NCBI GenBank assembly: GCA_963799845.1
Contig: CAWCYI010000003.1
Span: forward strand, 1-64,000
Direction of reading: 5' to 3'
Source of the DNA: an uncultured Nitrososphaerota archaeon
GTDB lineage: Archaea; Thermoproteota; Nitrososphaeria; Nitrososphaerales; CADDZS01
DNA: 64,000 nucleotides
Under the pieces are notes generated by a model, which ran no database searches, had not been told where the DNA came from, and saw only the letters and a program-made list of their open reading frames with translations. The position numbers were made by a program, and so were the translations under genes. Below are positions 40,871 through 51,523 of the stretch, in pieces; positions within the stretch are counted from its first letter, which is position 1, and every line of letters begins with the position of its first letter.

Positions 40871-41795
40871 TTGACGAATCGGATTCCATTTCTCGTTCAA
40901 CCCATGCTTGCCACTCTCGTTTCCAAACCGTTCGACAAGCCGGGATGGGTCTACGAAGAGAAATATGACGGAGATCGGATCCTCGCATACAAGGAGCGAG
41001 ATCGCGTTCGACTTCTATCCAGGAATGGGAAAGAACGTACGGAGAACTTCCCCCGGATCGCGTCGGCCATTCGGATGCTTGATTCAGTTACTCTCCTTCT
41101 CGATGGCGAGCTTATAGTGTTCGACAGTAAAGATGTCTCTCGATTCCAGACTGCTACAGCAGAGTAAGGGTGAACCGATCTATGCTGTTTTTGATTGCCT
41201 CTTTCACGAAGGAAAGGATCTACGGCAGGAACCACTGTCCGCGCGACGCGCTGTGATGGAGAGTTCAATCGACTCTAGCAGCGTACTGTTGCCGTCACAC
41301 AGACTGGCAAACAACGGTCTCGAAGCTTTTCGCATAGCGAAGCGCCGGGGATACGAGGGATTGGTCGCAAAAGATCTTTCCTCGCCATACGTGGAAGCGC
41401 GCTCTGCCTACTGGCTGAAAGTGAAGGCCCACCAGGAAGACGAGTTCGTGATAGTAGGATTCACTAAGCCGGCCGGCTCACGCCTATATTTTGGAGCTCT
41501 TCTCCTCGGAGCTTATGACAAAGGCGGACTACACTACGTCGGCAAAGTCGGAACCGGATTCGATCAGAAAAATCTCGCTTCGCTGTATCAGAAATTTCAA
41601 CCACTCGTAAGATCGCAGCCGTCACTGGTTGACCCTCCTCAGGACAGGGACGTGTCCTATCTCTCACCAAGACTGGTCGCCCAAATTTCGTACCAAGAGT
41701 TGACTGAAGACAGAAAGCTCCGCCAGCCGGTTTTTCTGGGCCTGCGGGACGACAAACTTCCAAAAGACGTGGTCTTTCCAGAGATGTTGGCATGA
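40871..41795 (+). CDS. ligD: LigD/LigC-type ATP-dependent DNA ligase (one frameshift near 41150)
   Basis: PMLA, EEKYDG, LDGEL, FDCL, EGLVAK, WLKVK, VGTGF, LRQPVFLGLRDDK. Confidence 0.88.
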
Positions 41796-42706
41796 AAAAG
41801 TCCGACATGGACAAACCTGCTTCAGCGAAATTACCGATCACCCTAACGCATCCCGAAAAGGTTTTCTGGCCCGACGAAGGCTACACAAAGCTGGACCTGG
41901 CCGAGTATTACAAGGCGATCTTCCCCAGGCTCTTGCCATATGTGAAGGATCGGTTGCTGACCCTTGAGCGCTGCCCCAATGGGATTAGAGGCGAGTGCTT
42001 CTTTGAGAAACAGAAACCCGAGGGCATGCCTCCCGGAACGCCGACCAAGAGGATCACTCACTCGAACGGAGCTAAATTTACAGATTATGTTGTCGGAGGC
42101 TCCCTTGTCACACAACTTGCGCTTGTAAATCTGGGTTGCATCGCCGTGCACGTCATGGCGAGCCGTGCGAGTTCCCCCCGGCAACCGGATTGGATATGCA
42201 TCGATATTGATCCCGAGTCAGGTAAGTTTGAAGATGCGGCACGTGCAGGATTGCATGTCAAGACTGCGTTGGACACGATAAACTTGACCTCATACGCAAA
42301 GACGTCGGGTAGTCGCGGCATGCACGTCCTAGTACCGATTCGTACCGGGCCGGATGCTGATGAAGTTCTTGCATTCGCAGAGTCGTTTGTGGCTCGCGTG
42401 GCGGCTGCTCACTCGGATGAATTGACCGTCGAGCACTCGGTTGCTGGGCGGCGTAGCCGCGTCTACCTTGATCCATTTCGCAACGGTTTTGGTCAAGCCG
42501 TGGCAGCGCCGTACTCGGTTCGGCGTCGGGAAAAAGCGCCGATATCGACTCCACTGGAATGGTCAGAAGTTAAACCGACTCTGATCCCTTCCGATTTCAA
42601 CATCTGGAACTTCGCGGAGCGGATGAAGCGCGCCGACCCATGGAGCGATTTCTTTGATAATCGCCAGTCTCTGGTAGATGCCTCACAGATGTTAAAAAAG
42701 TTGTAA
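41792..42706 (+). CDS. LigD polymerase (primase-polymerase) domain protein
   Basis: THPEKV, TKLDLAEYY, RCPNGI, DIDP, KTSGSRGMHV, APYSVR, STPLEW. Confidence 0.9.
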   Translation: MKKSDMDKPASAKLPITLTHPEKVFWPDEGYTKLDLAEYYKAIFPRLLPYVKDRLLTLERCPNGIRGECFFEKQKPEGMPPGTPTKRITHSNGAKFTDYVVGGSLVTQLALVNLGCIAVHVMASRASSPRQPDWICIDIDPESGKFEDAARAGLHVKTALDTINLTSYAKTSGSRGMHVLVPIRTGPDADEVLAFAESFVARVAAAHSDELTVEHSVAGRRSRVYLDPFRNGFGQAVAAPYSVRRREKAPISTPLEWSEVKPTLIPSDFNIWNFAERMKRADPWSDFFDNRQSLVDASQMLKKL

Positions 42707-42967
42707 TTACCGTCGCGAGTATCTTCCAGGACTGGATTAAACTACGATGTTTTTCTCCACTCAGTTCTGTATTCAGGAAAAATTCAAAGCCGATACCATT
42801 CAGAAGGGAAGATTTTCAATGGTTCTTTATTCGAGAATCTGCACCAGCTCTACCTGCAAAGTACTCGATTGTCATTTGCGGCTCGCATTCTCGGCTCATC
42901 TTGAAGCTTAAGTACGTAAAGAAACTCGCTATTCTTCCAAAGTCGTGAAAACGAGCTGCAACCAACA

Positions 42968-43864
42968 ATGCCGCACTTCAATGTCGTCGTTCCCGAGATT
43001 CATAGGATCACCATCGCTCTTGACGGATCTGATAACTCGCTAGAAGCCTGCGAAGCAGCAGGCATAGTGGCCAATGGTTTCAAAGCGACGGTGACTGCTG
43101 TCTATGTCCTGCCGCCAAGGATAAGCATCCGATCAGCTCCGGTTCCGGATGAGCATGCACGCACGTCAATTGAGAGAGCGATGTCGATGCTCGCTTCATA
43201 CGAAGGCGTCAGTGCGACGAGCGAGATCCTTGATCCCCGCTCGTTATCAGTTTCAGAATCACTCGTTGACTATGTTGCGAAGGAAAAAAGCGACCTCGTC
43301 GTTTGCGGAACCAGAGGGCTTGGCGGATTTGAAAGGATGCTCCTCGGGAGTGTTTCCAGTAATCTAGCGTCGTACTCTCCCTGTTCTATAATGATAGTTA
43401 GAAGATCGAAGATGAGCGAGGAAAAAATCAAGCTCAAACGAATTCTTGTTGCAACCGACGGATCGGAAAGCGCTTCAAAAGGTGTAGGACTTGCTATCGG
43501 GCTAGCGAAAGCTCTTTCCTCGAAACTTACTTTCGTTAACATTGTCTACATGCCTCCGATGTCGTACACTCTCGGGGTCGGAAGTTGGTTCGATCAGGCG
43601 ATGGCAGAATATAGAGAAGAGGCTAAGAAAATTATGGTGGAAGCCGTCTCGATCGCGAAAGAGAACGGGGTTGCGGCAGATTCCAAAGTACTGGAGGAAC
43701 TTCACTCTCCGATCGTTGCGATAACTAAACTCGCTGAAGAAGGAGGTTACGATTTGATCACAGTAGGGACGAGGGGTCTCGGCGGATTCAAGAAACTCGC
43801 GCTGGGCAGCGTCGCAAATGGCGTCGTGCACTACGCGCACTGTTCGGTCTTGGTCGCAAAGTAG
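42968..43864 (+). CDS. Tandem universal stress protein
   Basis: Two USP domains with DGS and GTRGLGGF...LGSV. Confidence 0.92.
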   Translation: MPHFNVVVPEIHRITIALDGSDNSLEACEAAGIVANGFKATVTAVYVLPPRISIRSAPVPDEHARTSIERAMSMLASYEGVSATSEILDPRSLSVSESLVDYVAKEKSDLVVCGTRGLGGFERMLLGSVSSNLASYSPCSIMIVRRSKMSEEKIKLKRILVATDGSESASKGVGLAIGLAKALSSKLTFVNIVYMPPMSYTLGVGSWFDQAMAEYREEAKKIMVEAVSIAKENGVAADSKVLEELHSPIVAITKLAEEGGYDLITVGTRGLGGFKKLALGSVANGVVHYAHCSVLVAK

Positions 43865-43952
43865 AGAAGGACGAACGCCCTAGCCAGCGATACATCTTCG
43901 TACATATCTTGGTAAACCTGCGCAGCAGAGTTTAATTAGGGCTGAGGAGAGG

Positions 43953-44504
43953 GTGCCAAACATGCAACTGACTCAAGGAAAGTGGGCTGGAAGATTCATT
44001 TGGGCGGCAGTAGTCCAGGGCTTAATTCTAACCATCATCACGGTACTAATCGTGGAGCCGCAAAGTTACTTCAACATCAATTCGTACTACAGCCCGTCTA
44101 AAGTAATCGCCGGAGGCGGAGGAGGAACGTGGCTGTTCACCGGATACATCCTCTATCTCACGGTAGGCGTGATCGCGGTCGCAGTCACTGCAATGTTCTA
44201 CTTTTACATCGAAGGGGTCTCGAGCAAAGTGTACCATGGTCTGACTAACTACCTCGCTTGGGGGCACTACATCTTCATGAACGTGGGAGTCGCTGGCTCC
44301 ATGCTCCTAATGATCTGGGGTGGTTACATGGCAGGCTATGCCGCAGCTCCGGTTGCCTCGGGAGGCCTCGGTTACACAGATCTGCAAATCCACGTCAATT
44401 ATCTCGGTCAGCTAGTCAACCCAATTGGCGCCCTCGTGCTTCTGGCAGCACTCGGCGCAGTTCTTGGAGGTCTCGGATTCATACTCAGAAGCAGAACGAA
44501 GTAA
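43953..44504 (+). CDS. Conserved 4-TM membrane protein
   Basis: Four hydrophobic segments; WGHYIFMNVG. Confidence 0.65.
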   Translation: MPNMQLTQGKWAGRFIWAAVVQGLILTIITVLIVEPQSYFNINSYYSPSKVIAGGGGGTWLFTGYILYLTVGVIAVAVTAMFYFYIEGVSSKVYHGLTNYLAWGHYIFMNVGVAGSMLLMIWGGYMAGYAAAPVASGGLGYTDLQIHVNYLGQLVNPIGALVLLAALGAVLGGLGFILRSRTK

Positions 44505-44670
44505 GGCCTACTTCTTTCCTTAATTCATCCGGCTTATAATCCGTCTTCGCCGTTATGTAGAGAAAAAATTCTCCCACGAGGTTTCTACGCGGCGATTCAC
44601 CTTAGGACCGACCTCCCACGAGATACGGTAATTTTAATAGTTAAATAGTTCTTTAAATGATTACAGAACT

Positions 44671-44976
44671 ATGGGTTCGGCATGGAAAGCGGTTGCTGAT
44701 GATAGTCGTCGGCAAGTCTTAGTGATCTTGAAAGATGGAGAAAAGACTCCAAGCGAAATGGCAGAGTACTTCGATTTTACTTTGCCCGCTCTGTCAACTC
44801 ATCTGAGGATCCTCAGGGACGCGGGTCTAGTCAGCGAACGGAGGGAAGGACAGAGAAGATTCTACTCAGTCAACAAAGACGGCATGTCAGAAATGGCCGA
44901 ATTCTTGGACATGTTCTGGACCGACAGACTGCACCGCCTAAAGCAATATGTCGAGGACAAGAAGAAAAAAGAGTAG
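44671..44976 (+). CDS. ArsR-family regulator
   Basis: AVADDSRRQVL, ALSTHLRILRDAGLV. Confidence 0.9.
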   Translation: MGSAWKAVADDSRRQVLVILKDGEKTPSEMAEYFDFTLPALSTHLRILRDAGLVSERREGQRRFYSVNKDGMSEMAEFLDMFWTDRLHRLKQYVEDKKKKE

Positions 44977-45427
44977 GTGGAGAACTTGGAAAAAATGGCA
45001 GATGAAGAACTAAGAAAAGAAATCGTTGTGGAAGCCAGTCCGGCAGTCGTTTTCAAAGCGCTGACCGACGAAGAGGAACTCGTGGAATGGATGCCAACCG
45101 GAGCGAAGATGGACGCCCGTGTCGGCGGGGAGTACGAATTCAAGTACTACTGGCCAGAGAGAAATATAGACAGCACCGCGCGGGGAAAAGTACTCGAACT
45201 AATCCCGAACAAGAAGCTTATCGTACACGTGGAATGCCCAAAGAAGTGACTCAACTGGTACTAAGAACTACAGGGAAAGCATTGTCACGTGGATACTGGA
45301 TGAATTACCAGAGGGCAAGACTCGGGTGACTTTGATACACTCTGGGGAAGAAAAAGAGGCTCGGCAAGACAGAGAAAGAGGTTGGAGCCATTACCTGGGT
45401 CAGCTGGCAGTTTACTGCAAGAAGTGA
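44977..45427 (+). CDS. SRPBCC/AHSA1 domain protein (frameshifted)
   Basis: VFKALTD...W...DARVGG; a shifted frame gives GKTRVTLIH...GWSHYLGQL. Confidence 0.78.
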
Positions 45428-45808
45428 TAGCTATCAAGCCGATCCTCTCCCTCAACAGTTCAGAACCCGAAAAGAAGTTCTGACTCGGGCCCACGCCATT
45501 TTGTTCTTCATCTGAATGCTCTGGATCTATTTTTCTAAGATTCTAGCACCCAGTCGTGATAAATTCGTGCAGATGGATTGAACATTCTTACTAGTGCTGA
45601 AGAAACACTGCAATTAATTGCAATATTTTCTTGCTCTTTCAAAAAAAGATTTGATGTGATTTTCAGTCTCTTCGAGAAAATCGTATAGTCATCTCTTCAC
45701 CTTTCGTAAATTCTTTCCTTGAAGAAAATTGGAGGATATTGCACTCCGCCACAAAAAATACCATTCAAACTAAATAGGAGCACTCACCTTCAGTAAGATT
45801 ACGGAGAA

Positions 45809-46042
45809 ATGAATGGTGAAATTAGATTGGCTAAGTTAACGTACAAAGAAAAGAAGAAATTACCTGATTCGGAGTTCGCCGTGCCGGAAGAAAGAAAGTA
45901 TCCTATCGAAGATGAAGCACACGCAAGGGATGCACTTGCAAGAGTATCACGATTCGGTACGCCTGAAGAAAAGAAGGAAGTATGCGAGGCAGTAGCAGCG
46001 CACTATCCAGAGATTCATGAAAAGCATTGTCCAATGCATTAA
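45809..46042 (+). CDS. Small protein, DUF6582-like
   Basis: LPDSEFAVPEERKYPIEDEAHARDALAR. Confidence 0.7.
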   Translation: MNGEIRLAKLTYKEKKKLPDSEFAVPEERKYPIEDEAHARDALARVSRFGTPEEKKEVCEAVAAHYPEIHEKHCPMH

Positions 46043-46244
46043 TAGCCGAATCCCAAACGAAAAGGGATTCCACAAATTAATGATTCCGGCGGCTTGTTTT
46101 GGACGACGAAGAATTTCTCTTTTACGGCGCGATTAATCGATAGATTGTACGTAATCGATTGCAATGCATTTAGTCATATTCTCGTGTCTTAGAGTGAAGA
46201 ATTTTCAAGGATTGTACCGCAACTTCGGACCCTGGTTTGTGACC

Positions 46245-46370
46245 TTAGCGTTTCAATATTCCTTTCTTGTGTCTCTTCGCTTTTTCATGCTCGTCTTCTT
46301 GTCGTTCTTTCTTATCTTCAATTACGTCTTCTCTTTTCTCTATCTCTGATTCGGGTTCGGGGACTTCCAT
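46245..46370 (-). CDS. 41-aa highly charged microprotein
   Basis: MEVPEPESEIEKREDVIEDKKERQEDEHEKAKRHKKGILKR; TATA-like TTTATTA upstream on the minus strand. Confidence 0.45.
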   Translation of the reverse strand: MEVPEPESEIEKREDVIEDKKERQEDEHEKAKRHKKGILKR

Positions 46371-46604
46371 TCTGCTTCGATGCGATTATTGGAGTTTAGT
46401 CTTCTAATAAAAGATGAATTGGTTAACACTAGAATCTCAGTAACAGCATCGGTTGGAGCTTCAACCACGGATACTGTGGCGGTAGGTGTCTAGCAAATTT
46501 TCGCTCACTAAAACCAATTCCCAATTCTAGATAGTTGGAAGTAGTTGAATTCGAAATATCTTTATTACAACTCGGAAGAGCCCGCCTCAAGGTTAGTAAA
46601 GAAA

Positions 46605-46985
46605 ATGGACAGCGTAATACACTTTGAAATTCCTGCAGATAATGTGAAGCGAGCCGAAGAATTCTACACAAAGGCATTTGGTTGGACTATGAGGCACATG
46701 CCAGATTTTGAATATACCATGGTGTCGACTACACCTTCAGATGAGATGGGTATGCCGAGGCAACCTGGATCAATTAATGGCGGGATGCCAAAGCGCGGAA
46801 TGGGTGTCGATCATACAGTTGTTACTATTCGCGTGGATAGTATTGAATCCAGTTTGCAGAAAATAGAGAATCTGGGTGGAAAAACTGTCGTGCCGAAAAT
46901 GCCGGTCGGCGATATGGGATTCACTGCATACTTCAAGGATACTGAAGGAAATGTTGTGGGCCTCTGGCAAGACGCCGTTATGTGA
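46605..46985 (+). CDS. VOC/glyoxalase-family protein
   Basis: VIHFEIPADN...FY...FGW, GSINGG, YFKDTEGNVVGLW. Confidence 0.9.
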   Translation: MDSVIHFEIPADNVKRAEEFYTKAFGWTMRHMPDFEYTMVSTTPSDEMGMPRQPGSINGGMPKRGMGVDHTVVTIRVDSIESSLQKIENLGGKTVVPKMPVGDMGFTAYFKDTEGNVVGLWQDAVM

Positions 46986-47037
46986 AGAAAATCAGGCGGG
47001 GCGAACCGACGGTTCGCTCAAAAACGCATTCTTCAGG

Positions 47038-47439
47038 TCAGGTGCTCTGCCACAGCATGAGCAGATTTCCTTCACTATCTTTGAAGAAGGCAGTCGCGCC
47101 GAAAGCGTCTTTCGCTATAGGTCCGTCGATTGTGCTACTGTTATCCATTTTTTCTGCCCGCTGAAACTTTACGCCTTTCTTCTGTAGACTCTGAACTTCC
47201 GCTTTGAGATCCTTAACGATGAAAGTACTGAATACAAGATCCGGCTTTTTCTGCTTAGGCCCGGGTGGATTTATCAGCCAGAAATTTTCCTTTCTAATTT
47301 TCACCGATGCCCAAGAATCCCTCATATCACCGGGAGCTCTTTGCAGAAGCTTGCCTCCAAGTGTCTTAGTGTAAAACTTGATTGCCCTGTCCATTTCCCT
47401 TATCAAAACGAACGTCGCGAAATCTGCTTTAGTCAACAT
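47038..47439 (-). CDS. VOC/glyoxalase-family protein
   Basis: AIKFYTKTLG, FFKDSEGNLL. Confidence 0.85.
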   Translation of the reverse strand: MLTKADFATFVLIREMDRAIKFYTKTLGGKLLQRAPGDMRDSWASVKIRKENFWLINPPGPKQKKPDLVFSTFIVKDLKAEVQSLQKKGVKFQRAEKMDNSSTIDGPIAKDAFGATAFFKDSEGNLLMLWQST

Positions 47440-47494
47440 TGAAGATCGGACTCTCGTCTAAACCATCCGGTATTTATTGATCTAAGGGATGAAA

Positions 47495-47517
47495 AGTATA
47501 GCAAAAGTCGCTATACT
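47495..47517. promoter_or_regulatory. Inverted repeat, probable HxlR-family operator
   Basis: AGTATAGC-N7-GCTATACT between the divergent VOC and hxlR-like genes. Confidence 0.55.
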
Positions 47518-47603
47518 AAGTAAATATACTAAAATACGCTTACAGCTCGCCGATAGCTGCCATAAGAATCAAGCCAACGTCTCAGGACCCACTTCGTTAT
47601 TGG

Positions 47604-48095
47604 GTGAAGGGTGCTCCGATTGCCTCTGCCGCGGAGTTCACGAGTTGTCCTATTGCTGCCAGTCTTGGCGTGCTTGGAAGGAAGTGGACGATGCACATCC
47701 TTCGTGATATGTCGATGCGTAAGGCCGAACGATTCAGTGACCTGACTAGATTGAGTCCGGGAATCACCCCAAGAGCCCTGTCCATGAGGCTGAAGGAATT
47801 GGAGCAATCCGGGATGATAAGTAGAATTGATGATCGCAAGTCTCCACGGTTTGTGAGATGGGGCCTTACCGAGAAGGGATGGGATACACTCCCCATTCTC
47901 TTAAGTTATGTTGCCTTCGGTTCAAAGTGGCTCGTACCCAGCGTGTTCTCGGATGGCGAACCTCGGGAGATGAAAGACATCTATCCGCAGCAGAATCTGA
48001 GGCCCCTTTACTCGAATATTGAAGTGGATCCAGTCAAAGTGAAGAAAACGCTCCGCAAAGAAATTTCATCCGCACAACAGGCTTGGGATAACTGA
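47604..48095 (+). CDS. HxlR-family regulator
   Basis: CPIAASLGVLGRKWT, RFSDL, LSMRLKELE, LTEKG. Confidence 0.9.
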   Translation: MKGAPIASAAEFTSCPIAASLGVLGRKWTMHILRDMSMRKAERFSDLTRLSPGITPRALSMRLKELEQSGMISRIDDRKSPRFVRWGLTEKGWDTLPILLSYVAFGSKWLVPSVFSDGEPREMKDIYPQQNLRPLYSNIEVDPVKVKKTLRKEISSAQQAWDN

Positions 48096-48133
48096 ACTTC
48101 GATGGGTCTCCGAAATAAGAAAGGAATTCTGTC

Positions 48134-48663
48134 TTGCCCGGATACGTTGCCTTTCTTCGAGGAATAAACGTCGGGGGTCACAATCTCGTGAAGATGGCGG
48201 ATCTCCGAAACGGTTTCGACTCCTTGGGATTTGATCATATTTCAACGATCAAAGCGAGCGGGAACGTGATTTTTGAAAGCGCCTCGACCCCTAAGGAAAA
48301 ATATCTAGAAGACAAGTTGGAAAAAATTCTTGGCATAAAGGCACCGATTCTACTTCGGGCAATGGAAGAAATCCAATCGATCGTTGATCTCAATCCGTTC
48401 AATGACTCGAGGGTGAACCCACCAAAATTTTATGTTACGTTCATGGCTCAGGAACCGCAAAAGAAAGTGAAGATTCCCGTCGTTTCTCCGAAGGTGACAT
48501 CGAGTTGATCCATAGAAGGAAACTCGAGATCTTTAGCATTTCTCACCCTGTAAATGGCAGCTTTGGATTCACTAACAGTTTCATCGAGTCATCCTTTGAT
48601 GTTAGCGGGACTACGAGAGATTGGAAGACCATAATTGGGATCTCCGAATTTCAAAAGCCTTAG
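48134..48663 (+). CDS. DUF1697 family protein (frameshift near 48495)
   Basis: FLRGINVGG, MADLR, SGNVIF; a shifted frame ends TTRDWKTI. Confidence 0.85.
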
Positions 48664-48765
48664 CCAAGATTCAATCGCCGCAGCGATCCTCTCAACCATA
48701 GCTGACAGATTACAGAAGGTAAAACTGTTTAAGTAAACAAGAATATCACAAAAGCTGAAAAGAAA

Positions 48766-49161
48766 ATGGTTACTCTATCAAGTGACGAAAGAAAACTATT
48801 CGAAGACAAGAATTTCGCGTTTGTTGCAACGTTAAACAAGGACGGATCTCCTCAAGTCACTCCCACGTGGGTGGATACTGACGGAAAGTACGTTCTGATC
48901 AACATTGCCACTACAAGACACAAATTCAAGAATGTTCAAAGGGATCCGAGGGTGGCGATCGCTATCGCCGACCAGGCGAACCCCTACAAGGCAATATTTG
49001 TCAAGGGAAAAGTCGTTTCTATCGTGAAAGGAAAGGAAGCGGAAGATCACATCGACAAGATGGCGAAGAAATACATCGGTCAGGACAAATACCCGTACCG
49101 ACAGCCTGGCGAAGACAGAGTTCTTCTAAAGGTAGAACCGTCGAAAGTAACATTGAGGTAA
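48766..49161 (+). CDS. PPOX-class F420/FMN-binding oxidoreductase
   Basis: ATLNKDGSPQVTPTW, KFKNVQRDPRV. Confidence 0.88.
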   Translation: MVTLSSDERKLFEDKNFAFVATLNKDGSPQVTPTWVDTDGKYVLINIATTRHKFKNVQRDPRVAIAIADQANPYKAIFVKGKVVSIVKGKEAEDHIDKMAKKYIGQDKYPYRQPGEDRVLLKVEPSKVTLR

Positions 49162-49202
49162 GAAAAATAGTAATCCCACCGTCAGGTGGGACGTTCACTT
49201 TC

Positions 49203-50102
49203 TTAAGCTTCGCTCGGAATGATAGATAGCTCGGTCAACTTTTCGCCGCGAAGAACGGATAGTTGAACCTCGGTGCCTATCAAGCCACCCTTCAGTATTC
49301 TGAAAAGATCGTTGAAACTTTCCACTTTCTTCGAATCTACTTTGACTATGATGTCTCCTACTGCTACTCCAGCCTTCTTCGCCGGAGTTCCCTGCTCAAC
49401 CGACAGAACGATCAATCCTTCGGTCTGACCGACTTCTTTTGCGACATCATCCGGAAGGGTCAATGGATTCGAAACGATTCCGAGATAGGCTCTTTTAATC
49501 GAGCCTTTGCTCAGTATCTCCTTCACCACGGTAGTCAGAACGCCAACCGGGATTGCGATTCCTCGATTGGCAAAGTACGCCGTGCTCATACCGATCATGC
49601 TTCCGCTTGCATCCAGAAGTGGTCCGCCAGAATAACCTCGGTTCAATCGCACATCGGTTATGATCTGGTCATCTGACCAGGGGCCTCCCATGCGACCTTT
49701 GGGGCTTGTGATTATGCCCGAAGCTGCCGACACCCTGTCCCCGAAGGGATTTGCCAGCGCGAGGACAAATTGCCCTGTAGCCAAGTTTTCCGACTCTCCC
49801 CTTTGAATTGACGGCAGATCTTTTCCATCAACCTTCAATACGGCAATGTCAGAATACCTGTCCTGTCCGACTATCGAGGCTTGGAAGGTCTTTCCATTCG
49901 AACTAGACACTTCAATCTGGTTCGATCGTCCAACCACATGGTTATTCGTGACGATGTGTCCTTCGTCGTCCCAAACCACTCCTGTGCCGAAACCGCGACC
50001 CGAGCGGACCTGAACGACTGAAGGCGAGACTCGACCCACGATTGATACGAGAGCGTCTGAGAACGACTTTATTATTTGTTCCTGAGAAGTAACTTTACTC
50101 AT
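49203..50102 (-). CDS. HtrA/DegP-like serine protease with PDZ domain
   Basis: TNNHV, DIAVL, GYSGGPL; C-terminal PDZ; no signal peptide. Confidence 0.9.
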   Translation of the reverse strand: MSKVTSQEQIIKSFSDALVSIVGRVSPSVVQVRSGRGFGTGVVWDDEGHIVTNNHVVGRSNQIEVSSSNGKTFQASIVGQDRYSDIAVLKVDGKDLPSIQRGESENLATGQFVLALANPFGDRVSAASGIITSPKGRMGGPWSDDQIITDVRLNRGYSGGPLLDASGSMIGMSTAYFANRGIAIPVGVLTTVVKEILSKGSIKRAYLGIVSNPLTLPDDVAKEVGQTEGLIVLSVEQGTPAKKAGVAVGDIIVKVDSKKVESFNDLFRILKGGLIGTEVQLSVLRGEKLTELSIIPSEA

Positions 50103-50264
50103 TAGCTTAGTTCCACTGTCAATTCAATCGTAGATTGGGTTACTTGATGACTAACTGTATCTAAAGCGCAGTCACACCCCTTCTATCGAAAGGTTGGTGG
50201 ATTCTTCGGCTAAATGATATATATCCAAACGTTCTACTCAGCAAATGCAGGAACGCGATCCTTT

Positions 50265-50387
50265 TTGTCTGATACGACCATTCAAAAGTGGAAATGTCCT
50301 TTCTGTGGTCTGAAAATTGAAGATCAGGACAGTAAGAGCTTCCGACAGCGAGTAATTTTCCACAGGAAGATGCACGACGAAAAGTAG
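50265..50387 (+). CDS. 40-aa C2H2 Zn-finger microprotein (not in the ORF track)
   Basis: TTG start; MSDTTIQKWKCPFCGLKIEDQDSKSFRQRVIFHRKMHDEK; TATATA upstream. Confidence 0.6.
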   Translation: MSDTTIQKWKCPFCGLKIEDQDSKSFRQRVIFHRKMHDEK

Positions 50388-50500
50388 TGTCGGTAGTTTT
50401 GCCCTCGCTACTTTTTTCCACGACTTTTCTCCAGTGCCTTGAGTAAAATTTTGAATAACGTTTAGATATAGCGCGATATACATTATATAGCATATTTGGT

Positions 50501-50713
50501 TTGACTGTCGAACAGGACGAAATCTCCGAGGTTTCGGGATCAAAGCAAGTTTCCGAGAAATGCTTGGAATGCGGGAAATCTTTTCCCCACTCCCAGTTTC
50601 TTGATCATCTGTTCCAAAGCAGGGATTGCATGCGTAGATACTGGGAAAATGAGGAAAAAACCCATGTCTATAGACTCCGTCATCATCGAGGTTCCGGGAT
50701 GCGCAAAGGCTAA
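50501..50713 (+). CDS. Small C2HC Zn-finger protein
   Basis: CLECGKSF...FLDHL...C; TTATATA upstream. Confidence 0.6.
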   Translation: MTVEQDEISEVSGSKQVSEKCLECGKSFPHSQFLDHLFQSRDCMRRYWENEEKTHVYRLRHHRGSGMRKG

Positions 50714-50761
50714 AGGGCGTCATCTGCCAACCGGATCTAATTCGACAGTTTTTCGGTTCCG

Positions 50762-51523
50762 GTGAAGTCTAGGTTGGAGCAGCCCTCTGAGGAGAAAAGT
50801 AAAATCACTCCCCAGGCGGCTGAGAGAAAAATCGAAGAGAAACACAAGCACATTCCGGGGAGGGGATTGATCGGCGATCTAGCCCTAGGTTTGACCGACG
50901 GAGTTATCACAAACGTTGCCTTTATGGCGGGATTTGCGGGTGCAGTCCAATCAATCGACTTCATCAGATTCGCAGGAATTGCGTCCATGCTCGCTGGAGC
51001 CGTCTCGATGTTTTTTGGCGGCCTTAGCTCGGCTAGGGCAGATGAAGATCTTTTCAAAGAAGATGCCCGGAGAGAACTGAAAGAGATCGAACTAGAGCCA
51101 GACGAAGAAAGACAGGAGCTACAAAACTTCTACCTGAGCAAAGGCTTGACGCAGGATGAAGCCCAGATAGTCGTGAAACGAATAACTGCTGACAAGAAAA
51201 AGTGGCTGGACGATCTCCTGATGCACGAACTCCATCTTCACAAGGAAGAACTGGAGAATCCGCTAAAGGTTGCATCCGTGATTGGATTATCTTTTCTCCT
51301 GGGCGCCCTGATCCCCTTAATTGGATATCTTCTCACTCCGGTAAGATCTGACGCGATAATAATTTCGCTCTCCACGTCCTTGATCTTCCTTTTTGTTTCA
51401 GGCGGATGGAAAGGAAAATTATCCGGAAGAAAGTTCTGGAAGGCTGGATTAGAAATGCTCATGATCGGAGCAGGAGCTTCCGCGCTGCTTTTCTTGATCG
51501 GCTCGCTCCTCGTGTTTGCCTAG
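50762..51523 (+). CDS. VIT1/CCC1 Fe/Mn transporter
   Basis: GLTDG, AGAVSM, ERQEL...Y...G, MHEL. Confidence 0.9.
   Translation: MKSRLEQPSEEKSKITPQAAERKIEEKHKHIPGRGLIGDLALGLTDGVITNVAFMAGFAGAVQSIDFIRFAGIASMLAGAVSMFFGGLSSARADEDLFKEDARRELKEIELEPDEERQELQNFYLSKGLTQDEAQIVVKRITADKKKWLDDLLMHELHLHKEELENPLKVASVIGLSFLLGALIPLIGYLLTPVRSDAIIISLSTSLIFLFVSGGWKGKLSGRKFWKAGLEMLMIGAGASALLFLIGSLLVFA

Noticed and set aside
41133-41167. Programmed frameshift in the ligase (also brxL, DUF1697, SRPBCC)
   Set aside because: No slippery heptamer or stimulatory structure seen; scattered single indels across many genes point to sequencing error or mutation
45609-45622. Palindrome TGCAATTAATTGCA
   Set aside because: Single AT-rich palindrome far from a start codon; cannot be tied to a regulator
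46164-46349. Hydrophobic 61-aa ORF on the + strand
   Set aside because: Antisense shadow of a purine-rich minus-strand ORF (46245-46370)
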